Positions 53,110 to 61,244 are shown, numbered from the stretch's first letter. The stretch: 64,000 bases of DNA from an uncultured Gammaproteobacteria bacterium (GCA_964521305.1 CAZFQZ010000001.1:22-64021); one strand, 5' to 3'. A program made the numbers and translations. The notes: generated by a model not told the origin, from the sequence alone.

Positions 53110-53177
53110 AAACCATATTATGTACAGGAAACTTACCCGTTGTCAGCAGATTTTTACCTAATGTGTCAAGGAAAATT

Positions 53178-53201
53178 CCCCGGTTATCCGGGGTTTTTTT
53201 T
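53178..53201 (+). terminator. intrinsic-terminator-like element inside the 5' leader, 6 nt before the ATG (candidate attenuator)
   Basis: CCCCGG TTAT CCGGGG followed by T8 (53194-53201). ATG at 53208. Confidence 0.5.
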
Positions 53202-53207
53202 GGAACT

Positions 53208-54536
53208 ATGATATTTAATCCACAGGAACCTCCCATCATTATTTCCGTTGGTGGCAGTCTGGTCGTCCCGAACGGAGGAATAGATACGGAATTCTTAAGC
53301 AGACTTAACATATTTATCCGCCAACAAGTGGCAAAAGGCAAACGATTTTTCCTTATCGCGGGCGGCGGTAAAATCGCGCGCTGGTATCGGGACGCGGGCA
53401 AAGATATCATCGGCAATGTTACCAATGAGGATTTGGACTGGCTCGCTATCCATCTGACGCGTGTGAACGGACATCTGTTGAGGACGATTTTCCAGGATAT
53501 CGCCCATCCGCGCATCATCGAAAACTACGACAAAAAACTCAAAAACTGGAAAGAGCCGGTGGTGGTCGGCGCCGGATGGAAACCCGGCTGGTCAACGGAT
53601 TACGATGCGGTTGTCCTAGCCCGCGATTATCACGCCAACGTCATCATCAATCTTTCGAACATAGACTGGGTTTATGATAAGGACCCTTCAAAATACAAGA
53701 ATGCCAAGCCCATCAAAAAAATGACCTGGGAAGAACTGGAAGAGCTGGTAGGCCACAAATTCACACCCGGCATGAATACGCCGTTCGATCCGATTGCGAC
53801 CAAACTGGCAAAAAAACTTGGGTTGACCGTTATCGTGACCAACGGCCATGATTTTGATAATTTGGAGAATATCATTGAAGGTGAAGCATTCAAAGGCACC
53901 GTTATACTGCCGTTCCGTATCGATGCCGGATTCTACAACAGGGAATATTACACGGGCAAAAAAGGCGGCCATAGATTTGCGCACGCAGAGTCGGTCTTAG
54001 GCAGATTTTTCCACTCGTTGGTTACATTATACAGGGCTATGCTGATTAAGATATTTTTCAATCCCAAACGGTGTTTGGATATAGGATGCGGTACGGGACA
54101 ACTGGTCAAATGGTTGAGGAAACTGGGTGTCGATGCATACGGTGTCGATATCTCAAAAGATGCGCTGGAGCTGGCAGAAAAAGAAGCAAAACCCTTTTTG
54201 AAAACAGGAGACATTCTGAAATTGCCGTACGAAGACAAATTCTTCGATATGGTCGTGTCATACGACGTGTTGGAGCGGATCGAGCAGTCGAAAATCCGCC
54301 AGGCGATCGAAGAATCGATCCGCGTGTCGCAGAAATTCGTTTTCCACAAGGTTTTCACGAGGGAAAACCTCTGGTTTAACCTGACATACCGCAGGGATTT
54401 CTCGGTCGTTTCGTTTTTCCCGAAGAAATACTGGAAGAAACTCTTTTCCACGTTCGAAAGTGTAGCAGTGATCAAACCGCCGTTCACCCTTCCCTCGTTC
54501 TTCGAAACCAAATTCCTTCTGAGAAAAAAAGCCTGA
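53208..54536 (+). CDS. pyrH: archaeal-type UMP kinase fused to a class I SAM-dependent methyltransferase
   Basis: The N-half (IIISVGGSLVVP...LIAGGGKIARWYRD...GWKPGWSTDYDAVVLA...NIDWVYDKDPSKYKNAKPIKKMTWEEL) matches archaeal PyrH. The C-half has MTase motif I LDIGCGTGQL and post-I/II (GVDIS, YDVLERI). GTG 53163 is an alternative start. Confidence 0.8.
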   Translation: MIFNPQEPPIIISVGGSLVVPNGGIDTEFLSRLNIFIRQQVAKGKRFFLIAGGGKIARWYRDAGKDIIGNVTNEDLDWLAIHLTRVNGHLLRTIFQDIAHPRIIENYDKKLKNWKEPVVVGAGWKPGWSTDYDAVVLARDYHANVIINLSNIDWVYDKDPSKYKNAKPIKKMTWEELEELVGHKFTPGMNTPFDPIATKLAKKLGLTVIVTNGHDFDNLENIIEGEAFKGTVILPFRIDAGFYNREYYTGKKGGHRFAHAESVLGRFFHSLVTLYRAMLIKIFFNPKRCLDIGCGTGQLVKWLRKLGVDAYGVDISKDALELAEKEAKPFLKTGDILKLPYEDKFFDMVVSYDVLERIEQSKIRQAIEESIRVSQKFVFHKVFTRENLWFNLTYRRDFSVVSFFPKKYWKKLFSTFESVAVIKPPFTLPSFFETKFLLRKKA

Positions 54537-54557
54537 GAATAGGTTAAAATACATGAT

Positions 54558-55637
54558 ATGATCCTGAAAAAGATAGCCTTCCATAATTTCCGGAGTTTTG
54601 AATCAGTTTCGTTTGAGATAAATCCGTTCCTGACGATTGTTATCGGCGAAAACGCGCGCGGCAAAACAAACCTGCTCGAAGGAATCCATGTGTTGATGCA
54701 TGGCGAAGGATTCCGCGAGGACAAGGAAGAGGAGCTGTTATACATTGACAAAAAAACAGGGTATGTTGAAGGACTGTTTAGCATAGGAGACGACTCGTTC
54801 ATGTTCAAGGTCGCGATCGATCATAAACCAGGCCACATCGAAAAACATTTTTTCGTGAACAAGACCAAAAGACAGCTTTCCCAATATGTCCAGGAGCAGA
54901 TAAAGACCGTGTTATTCAGCCCGGAAAAGATCGAGATCATTAACGGATCGCCGAGCATACGGAGGGAATATATAGACAAATGGATTGCGTATTACGACTT
55001 CGAATACAAAAAAAAGCTTGACAACTACACTAACGCAATCAGGCGCAGGAACAAAGTACTGGAAATGCACAAAACCGAAGAGCAGCTTAAAGAAGAACTC
55101 CGGTTCTGGAACGATTACTGTATGGAGCAGGCCGCGTACATTTTCACGAAACGCACTGAACTGACGGAATTCCTGAATAAACATCCGAAACTGGATGCAA
55201 AATCGTTTACCATCGAGTACCAAAGCAATGAGTTTAATCAAGAGCGGTTGGACAAAGTATATGAGGAAGAGAAAAGATGGCGGAAAACCTTGATCGGTCC
55301 CCAGAAAGATGATTTTCAGATCTCCATGTGGTCAAAATCATCTCTACCACCAGGCAAATGGAATCCGCCGGCCGGCAAAAAGAATATCCATCATTACGGC
55401 TCGCGGAGCGAACAGCGCATGGCGGTGTTCTGGTTGAAACTCAACGAAATCCTGTATTACGAGGAAACGAGAAAGAAAAAACCGCTTCTGCTTCTCGATG
55501 ACGTGTTTTCCGAACTCGACATACACAACAAGAAAATCGTTCTTGACCTCATTAAAAAATACCAATCTTTGGTCACGACTACCGAGCATGAGATCGTCGA
55601 TATCGCGGAAGTCCCCAATACAATCATCCATATTTGA
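54558..55637 (+). CDS. recF: DNA replication and repair protein RecF
   Basis: NFRSF......F.P.LTIVIGENARGKTNLLEGI (RecF Walker A), signature-like GSRSEQRM and Walker B LLLLDDVFSELD. Confidence 0.88.
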   Translation: MILKKIAFHNFRSFESVSFEINPFLTIVIGENARGKTNLLEGIHVLMHGEGFREDKEEELLYIDKKTGYVEGLFSIGDDSFMFKVAIDHKPGHIEKHFFVNKTKRQLSQYVQEQIKTVLFSPEKIEIINGSPSIRREYIDKWIAYYDFEYKKKLDNYTNAIRRRNKVLEMHKTEEQLKEELRFWNDYCMEQAAYIFTKRTELTEFLNKHPKLDAKSFTIEYQSNEFNQERLDKVYEEEKRWRKTLIGPQKDDFQISMWSKSSLPPGKWNPPAGKKNIHHYGSRSEQRMAVFWLKLNEILYYEETRKKKPLLLLDDVFSELDIHNKKIVLDLIKKYQSLVTTTEHEIVDIAEVPNTIIHI

Positions 55638-55654
55638 GGTAAAATATAACACAA

Positions 55655-55738
55655 GGAGGGTTGGCCGAGAGGCTTAAGGCGCGAGTCCCGAAAACTCGTG
55701 GGAGCAATCCCTCACAGGTTCGAATCCTGTACCCTCCG
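55655..55738 (+). tRNA. tRNA-Ser (anticodon CGA), type II with long variable arm, no encoded CCA
   Basis: Acceptor GGAGGGT/ACCCTCC, D-arm GCC-GAGAGGCTTAA-GGC, anticodon arm CGAGT-CCCGAAA-ACTCG, variable arm GGGA-GCAA-TCCC, T-arm ACAGG-TTCGAAT-CCTGT and discriminator G. Confidence 0.88.
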
Positions 55739-55790
55739 CAAGTGGAACAGAGGCTTGTTTTAAGGAATCCTCTCGTCTCCGCACAGAATA

Positions 55791-56396
55791 ATGCATAAAA
55801 AAATCCTATCACATTTCAAAACAAACGATCCGATTTTATATTCTTTTGCCGTAAATATCGGAGCGATTGATCCTATCAAAAAAGATAAACCCGTAAACTA
55901 TTTCTATCGTTTATGTCGTGAGATTATATGTCAACAACTTTCGAATAAAGCTGGAGAGACGATATTCGGAAGATTTAAGAAATTATTTCCTAAAGGAACG
56001 ATTACGGCTCAAGATATTCTTGATAAATCCCTTGAGGAACTTAGGGCAAGCGGCATGTCCAATGCAAAAGCCCGGTATGTTCGTAATCTGGCGGAGCACG
56101 TGATGAAAGGTAATCTGCAATTTTCAAAATTCGATTCCATGGACGACGATGAAATCAGGAAGGAATTATTACAAGTAAAAGGAATTGGGCCATGGACCTG
56201 TGAAATGTTCCTCATGTTTGTTATGGCGCGGGAAGATGTATTTTCCCATGGCGATCTTGGACTTAGAAAAGGAATAATGAAGGTATATAAACTGAAAAAA
56301 GAACCAAAAAAAGAAAAAGTTGAAAAGATCATTTCCAGATGGTCACCGTATAAAACCTATGCATCAAGGATTCTCTGGGCAAGTTTGGAACTCTAA
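55791..56396 (+). CDS. HhH-GPD DNA glycosylase, AlkA-like (3-methyladenine DNA glycosylase II)
   Basis: HhH LLQVKGIGPWTCEMFLMF and the catalytic Asp context FSHGDLGLRKG. Confidence 0.8.
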   Translation: MHKKILSHFKTNDPILYSFAVNIGAIDPIKKDKPVNYFYRLCREIICQQLSNKAGETIFGRFKKLFPKGTITAQDILDKSLEELRASGMSNAKARYVRNLAEHVMKGNLQFSKFDSMDDDEIRKELLQVKGIGPWTCEMFLMFVMAREDVFSHGDLGLRKGIMKVYKLKKEPKKEKVEKIISRWSPYKTYASRILWASLEL

Positions 56397-56469
56397 TATC
56401 TTCTCCTGAATGTTTTTTGTAGCATATAATCCATTGACTCGCGACGAAGGATGAATCAGACTATGATTA

Positions 56470-57132
56470 ATGAAAATCAAGGATCTTCCAAAATATGAAA
56501 GACCTCAGGAAAAACTGATGAGATACGGATGCGATCGGTTGACGGATACGGAGTTATTGGCGATTATCATAGGGTCCGGAACCAGGAAACAGAATGCGTT
56601 GCGCCTTGCCCAAAAAATCGTCGGCAATTATTCCCGAGAAGAGGGGAGAATACATTATCACGCGTTAAAAATCCACCATGGTATAGGAAATGCGAAGGCA
56701 TGTAGAATTGTCGCCTGCTTCGAATTGGGAAAGAGGTTATTCAGGAACAAGAAAACATCATTGGTTTTAAGTCCCGAAGACGTGTGGAAGGAGTTGGTTG
56801 ACATACGGGCGCGGTCCAAAGAACATTTCATCATTTTTTACCTTGACGTACGCAATCAGATAATCAGGAAGGAAATAGTTTCCATAGGTACTCTCAATAT
56901 GAGCGTCGTGCATCCGAGGGAAGTGTTCGAGAACGCGATCAGACATTCGTGTGCCCAGATCGTCATTTCCCACAATCATCCGTCGGGAGACCCCAATCCG
57001 TCGGATGAGGATACGGAGCTGACGCACCGGTTGCTCGAGGCGGGCAAGATCCTGGGGATAGAAATCATCGACCATGTTATCGTGGCGAAAGAATCGTATT
57101 ACAGTTTTCAAGAACACGGGATATTGAGGTAA
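56470..57132 (+). CDS. radC: RadC-family JAB/MPN domain protein
   Basis: N-terminal RP.EKL...G...L.D.ELLAI..G.G and JAMM motif HNHPSGDPNPSDED. Confidence 0.9.
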   Translation: MKIKDLPKYERPQEKLMRYGCDRLTDTELLAIIIGSGTRKQNALRLAQKIVGNYSREEGRIHYHALKIHHGIGNAKACRIVACFELGKRLFRNKKTSLVLSPEDVWKELVDIRARSKEHFIIFYLDVRNQIIRKEIVSIGTLNMSVVHPREVFENAIRHSCAQIVISHNHPSGDPNPSDEDTELTHRLLEAGKILGIEIIDHVIVAKESYYSFQEHGILR

Positions 57133-57983
57133 TGTATACGGCGGTGCGTAAGCGGTATACTATAGGGATGAACGTATCCGAAAAGAAGATTGCAGTGTTC
57201 AAAAAGACGATTTGGCAGTATTACAAAAAACATAAACGGAACCTGCAGTGGCGCGAACGCATAGAACCTTATCATGTCTTCGTATCTGAAATAATGCTTC
57301 AGCAGACGCAGGTTCCGAGGGTTATGACAAAATTTCCTGAGTTCATAAAAACATTTCCAGATTTTAAATCTTTAGCAGAAGCTTCAACTTCTAAACTACT
57401 GAAGACATGGCAAGGAATGGGGTATAACAGGCGGGCTCTATATTTACGCGATGCCGCAAAAACTATTGTCGTTAAACATAACGGTAAAGTTTCGCTCGAT
57501 CCTGAAGAGTTGGAATCACTTCCGGGCATAGGTAAAGCAACTGGCCGTTCGATCGCCACGTTCATAGGAAATAAGCCGGAAGTATTTATAGAAACCAACA
57601 TCAGACGGACGTTTATTCACCATTTTTTTAAGGATAAAACAGAGGTGGGTGATAAAGAAATTATTGTTCTTGTTGAAGAAACTCTGGACAGACAAAATCC
57701 CCGCGAATGGTATTATGCCCTGATGGATTACGGATCCGCATTATCCAAGAAGATAGAGAATCCTAACAGGAAAAGCAAACATTACATTAAACAGAAAAGT
57801 TTCAGCGGATCAGACAGGCAGGTACGGGGTATGCTGCTAAGACTGTTGCTGAAAAGTCCTTCGACAGCCGTTGAGCTCAAAAAACAATCAGGATTTACGC
57901 AGGAAAAAATAATATGTAACCTTGGGAATCTGATGAGGGAAGGATTTATAATGGAAAGACGAGGGAAATATATTATAAAATAG
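57132..57983 (+). CDS. MutY-like adenine DNA glycosylase lacking the Fe-S cluster loop and NUDIX domain; C-terminal wHTH-like domain
   Basis: PYHVFVSEIMLQQTQV (catalytic Glu), GMGYNRRALYL and HhH LPGIGKATGRSI. There is no Cys cluster after the six-helix barrel. The position equivalent to E. coli D138 (ILDGN) reads IETN. Confidence 0.75.
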   Translation: MYTAVRKRYTIGMNVSEKKIAVFKKTIWQYYKKHKRNLQWRERIEPYHVFVSEIMLQQTQVPRVMTKFPEFIKTFPDFKSLAEASTSKLLKTWQGMGYNRRALYLRDAAKTIVVKHNGKVSLDPEELESLPGIGKATGRSIATFIGNKPEVFIETNIRRTFIHHFFKDKTEVGDKEIIVLVEETLDRQNPREWYYALMDYGSALSKKIENPNRKSKHYIKQKSFSGSDRQVRGMLLRLLLKSPSTAVELKKQSGFTQEKIICNLGNLMREGFIMERRGKYIIK

Positions 57984-58011
57984 AGGTCGGACCTGTTTTG
58001 AGGTCCGACCT
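57984..58011 (+). other. perfect 11-bp stem hairpin between mutY-like and nth
   Basis: AGGTCGGACCT GTTTTG AGGTCCGACCT. It starts 1 nt after the mutY-like stop and ends 1 nt before the nth ATG (58013). No U-tract. Confidence 0.8.
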
Positions 58012-58012
58012 T

Positions 58013-58672
58013 ATGGTCTATGGAAGAACAAAAAAAAGGGCAGCTTTAATAGTCAGGGAACTGAAAAAACTGTTGCCTGACGCAAAAATAATGCTGAAGT
58101 ATTCGAACAACTGGGAGCTTCTGGTCAGTGTCATTCTTTCCGCCCAGTGCACAGACGTTATGGTAAACAAAGTAACGGAAAGGTTGTTCAAAAAGTACCG
58201 GACGGTCGACGATTATGCGAAAGCGGATATAAGGGAATTTGAGCAGGATGTCAGGTCGACAGGTTTTTACCACAACAAGGCAAAAAATATTATTACGGCT
58301 GCTAAAATGATCAGAGAAAAATTCCACGGCGAAGTACCCAATACGATGAAAGATTTGCTGTCGCTTCCCGGTGTTGCGAGAAAAACCGCCAACGTGGTGT
58401 TGGGAAACGCATTCGGCATTGTCGAGGGAATCGCGGTCGACACGCATGTACGGAGATTATCGCAAGTATATGGGTTAACCAAACAGAATGATCCGGAAAA
58501 AATAGAGCAGGATTTGATGAAGATTTTACCAAAAAGCGATTGGTTCAAGTTCACGTATTTGATGATTGATTACGGCAGAAAATTCTGTACGGCGAGAAAA
58601 CACGATCATGGCAACTGTCCGTTGATTCTTGCATTCAAAAAGGAAGGGATTTCATTACCGAAATATGGATAA
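58013..58672 (+). CDS. nth: endonuclease III family DNA glycosylase/AP lyase with degenerate Fe-S motif
   Basis: LVSVILSAQCTD, HhH LPGVARKTANVVL and catalytic Lys/Asp context (VDTHV). The C-terminus has only C-x9-C (CTARKHDHGNC) instead of C-x6-C-x2-C-x5-C. Confidence 0.85.
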   Translation: MVYGRTKKRAALIVRELKKLLPDAKIMLKYSNNWELLVSVILSAQCTDVMVNKVTERLFKKYRTVDDYAKADIREFEQDVRSTGFYHNKAKNIITAAKMIREKFHGEVPNTMKDLLSLPGVARKTANVVLGNAFGIVEGIAVDTHVRRLSQVYGLTKQNDPEKIEQDLMKILPKSDWFKFTYLMIDYGRKFCTARKHDHGNCPLILAFKKEGISLPKYG

Positions 58673-59054
58673 TCTGAAAACCAAAAAAATAGCTCTTGTC
58701 GGCGTTTCGTCGGACCCGAAAAAATACGGTCATAAAATTTTTAAGGATCTGATCCGCGTCAATGCCGATGTTCTGGGAGTGAATCCCAAAGGCGGTGAGC
58801 TGTTCGGGAAAAAAATATATCCGGCGCTTAAAGATATGCCATTTATCCCTGACTTAGTGATTGCGGTTGTCCAGCCAGCAGTAACATCCCAGATCGTTGA
58901 TGAGTGTAAGGAGCTTGGTATAAAAGACATCTGGATGCAGTTAGGTTCAGAATCGGATGAGGCGATCAAAAAAGCGAAAGATTACGGCATGCATGTGGTG
59001 GCAAATTCCTGTTTTATGATTACACACGGGATATGGTCTCCTAAATCTCGATAA
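58665..59054 (+). CDS. CoA-binding domain protein (YccU-like)
   Basis: IALVGVSSDPKKYGHKIFKDL... Rossmann-like CoA-binding pattern. ATG 58665 overlaps the nth 3' end by 8 nt. Confidence 0.7.
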   Translation: MDNLKTKKIALVGVSSDPKKYGHKIFKDLIRVNADVLGVNPKGGELFGKKIYPALKDMPFIPDLVIAVVQPAVTSQIVDECKELGIKDIWMQLGSESDEAIKKAKDYGMHVVANSCFMITHGIWSPKSR

Positions 59055-60267
59055 CAGGAAGAGACATGTGTTTTTTCTTTTTTTCCTCCACCGATTGTTT
59101 GTCGAAAAACATGCTGCCGAAATCCACTTTTTTAGCTTCGTATAATGGATAGATTTTGGATACTTTTTCTTTCAGCCGGTCGTTATACGTGGTGAATAAC
59201 GCTTGTTGGGTAACCGCTGTTTCTTTAAGTTGGGTTAACGTGCAGCCGGTCGTGCGATACAAACAATCTGTTTTGTACGCTTTTTTGAATGCTTCATGGA
59301 TAAATTGTCTGATGAGAAGAGGATACGAAGTGGGCTCGGGTAATTTTATTTCGGCAACATGATATCTGAACTCCTGTGTTTTCAGAAATATGGTGAATTC
59401 CGCTATTTGATAATGGCAGTCACGTGCTGTCTTAAACGCATCTTCGACATGGCCAAGCAATCGTGACCGTAACAGATTTGGATCATTGGTGGGAGGATGG
59501 AATGTCTGGCTCCTGGTTATGGAACGGTACGTGGTTTTCCTGTTCATGTCGAGTTCATACACTTTGTTTCCACGCAGTTCCTGCCAGATCTCGAAAAACG
59601 GCTTGGTCAGACGCGAGATAACAAATCCCTCACTCTGGTTTGCGAATTCAAGTGCCGTATAGATTTCGAGTTTATGTAAATATGCAGCTGTGTTTTCTCC
59701 GATTCCCCAGACTTTTTCTACGGGGGTGTGTTGTAACAAATATTCTATTGCCCTGCCATTGATGATCATAAGGCCGGATGGTTTATGGGAAGAAGACGCA
59801 AGTTTAGCTAGGGATTTGGTCAGGGAAACACCGACTGAAACGGAAATTCCCAACGAACTTTCAATTTTATCCTTGATTGCTTGCGCTATTTCGCCGTATG
59901 TTTTGTTTATGGGCCTGCGTAGTCCTTTGATATCCGCGAATGCTTCATCAATTGAGTATTCTTCCACATATGGCGTGAATGACCTGACAATCGCAAACAT
60001 CCGTTTGGAAAAAAGATCATAGAGTTCATAGTTCGAGTCCATGATATGGCATTGGGGATAGAGTTTTTTTATCTCGAACATGCGCATGCCGCGCGTTATC
60101 CCGTATTTTTTCGCCTCATAGGAAATCGCCGTGGCAATACCGCGTTCCTGTCCGGTTACCACGGGTTTTCCTTTCAGTTTCGGGTACACCGCCTGTATGA
60201 CCGATGCGAAAAACGCATCACCATCAAGATGAAGGATGGCGTTCGGCCAGTGATGTACTTGGAACAT
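59041..60267 (-). CDS. dinB: Y-family DNA polymerase IV
   Basis: ILHLDGDAFFASV, SIDEAFADI, SVGVSLTKSLAKLAS and VEKVWGIGENTA motifs. Confidence 0.92.
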   Translation of the reverse strand: MFQVHHWPNAILHLDGDAFFASVIQAVYPKLKGKPVVTGQERGIATAISYEAKKYGITRGMRMFEIKKLYPQCHIMDSNYELYDLFSKRMFAIVRSFTPYVEEYSIDEAFADIKGLRRPINKTYGEIAQAIKDKIESSLGISVSVGVSLTKSLAKLASSSHKPSGLMIINGRAIEYLLQHTPVEKVWGIGENTAAYLHKLEIYTALEFANQSEGFVISRLTKPFFEIWQELRGNKVYELDMNRKTTYRSITRSQTFHPPTNDPNLLRSRLLGHVEDAFKTARDCHYQIAEFTIFLKTQEFRYHVAEIKLPEPTSYPLLIRQFIHEAFKKAYKTDCLYRTTGCTLTQLKETAVTQQALFTTYNDRLKEKVSKIYPLYEAKKVDFGSMFFDKQSVEEKKKKHMSLPVIEI

Positions 60268-60386
60268 GTTATTTTCAAAGCTTACATGCGTTTTTTTGTC
60301 ACCTCACAATGCGAAAGAGTTGGGTAACGTGGAAATAGTCACGAGCGCAGAGTGTTCGATGAAAAAAATCCGCACGTTGCGCTTTA

Positions 60387-60959
60387 TTAGTTAAATTTTC
60401 TGACAACTGCTTTGACAACTCCAAAAATCTGCAATTCCTGATGGGGATAGAAAGCCGGATATTTCGGATTGGCTGCTTCGAGATATGAGATCCGTTTGAG
60501 CCGGTCTTTTTTTAAGATTTTCAAGGTCCATTCCTTATCGATCTGTGCGAGTACGACGTCTCCGACGATCGCACTCCGTTTGCGTTCGATAATGACAATA
60601 TCACCGTCAAATATACCGATTCCTGACAGGGAATCGCCGCTGACTTTCAACAAAAATGAAGATGTTGGATCTTCAATAAGATACTCATCCAGAGTCAAAT
60701 ATGTTTTGTCCTCTTCAGAAAGGATAGGGAATCCTGCTTTGATGATTCCCAATACCGGCAGGCTGAAAAATCTGGACGACGGCGCGAGTTTTCCGTTGGT
60801 ATCTTTTTCAATCAAACCTTCTTCGATCCAATGCTGGACGATTTTGAATACCGCGTTTTTTGACGAGAATCCGAATAATTTTAACATCTCGGAATAGGAA
60901 GGAAGTCTGCGGTTTTTTTTAAAGAACTTTCGCACCTGAGCAAAACGGTCGATAGACAT
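60387..60959 (-). CDS. lexA: LexA repressor (S24 peptidase)
   Basis: N-terminal wHTH, cleavage site IIKAGFP (Ala-Gly), Ser in VSGDSLSGIGI and Lys in EWTLKIL. Confidence 0.9.
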   Translation of the reverse strand: MSIDRFAQVRKFFKKNRRLPSYSEMLKLFGFSSKNAVFKIVQHWIEEGLIEKDTNGKLAPSSRFFSLPVLGIIKAGFPILSEEDKTYLTLDEYLIEDPTSSFLLKVSGDSLSGIGIFDGDIVIIERKRSAIVGDVVLAQIDKEWTLKILKKDRLKRISYLEAANPKYPAFYPHQELQIFGVVKAVVRKFN

Positions 60960-61012
60960 ATGAAAAATCTTTAATTTTCAATGAGAATTGGAAAATGGAA
61001 ATAAAAATTTTA

Positions 61013-61030
61013 GGTAAACGATAGTTTACC
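61013..61030. promoter_or_regulatory. perfect palindrome GGTAAAC-GATA-GTTTACC, candidate LexA operator 1
   Basis: Lies just downstream of the predicted lexA -10, in the TSS region. Confidence 0.45.
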
Positions 61031-61035
61031 GATTC

Positions 61036-61065
61036 AGTATAGTAAACAACCGTTCACTTTGTCAA
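61036..61065 (-). promoter_or_regulatory. lexA promoter TTGACA-N18-TATACT (minus strand)
   Basis: -35 at 61065-61060 and -10 at 61041-61036. Confidence 0.5.
61042..61057. promoter_or_regulatory. imperfect palindrome GTAAAC-AACC-GTTCAC, candidate LexA operator 2
   Basis: Sits within the spacer of the predicted lexA promoter. Same half-site as operator 1 with one mismatch. Confidence 0.35.
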
Positions 61066-61244
61066 GGGTAAAATTTCGAACTCGAAGTTTTACCCACAGA
61101 CCCCGTACACTTGCTCTTTCGATGCGAGGCTGTAGGCATCGGGAGAAGGTAAGAATTGTACCGGTGGCAGGAAAATAATTTCATTGGATCGGTACGGAGT
61201 TTCGACCAGGTTAAAGAAGTTCCCGGATTCTTAATCCGCAGGTT

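Noticed and set aside
53054-53518. 155-codon N-terminal extension of the nucleotidyltransferase ORF (track ORF 52202-53518)
   Set aside because: It runs through a consensus promoter and antisense into the pyrH-fusion gene. The RHH domain starts at the ATG at 53053.
53948-54808. 286-aa minus-strand ORF
   Set aside because: It is entirely antisense to two well-supported genes, the UMP kinase-methyltransferase fusion and recF. It has no recognisable motifs and a low-complexity S/N-rich composition typical of shadow ORFs.
61066-61095. 13-bp hairpin GGGTAAAATTTCG-AACT-CGAAGTTTTACCC as terminator of the GT51 gene
   Set aside because: The structure is clear and abuts the lexA -35. There is no U-tract on either strand, so I do not call it a terminator. 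It may be an insulator or processing hairpin, and I have no way to distinguish these.
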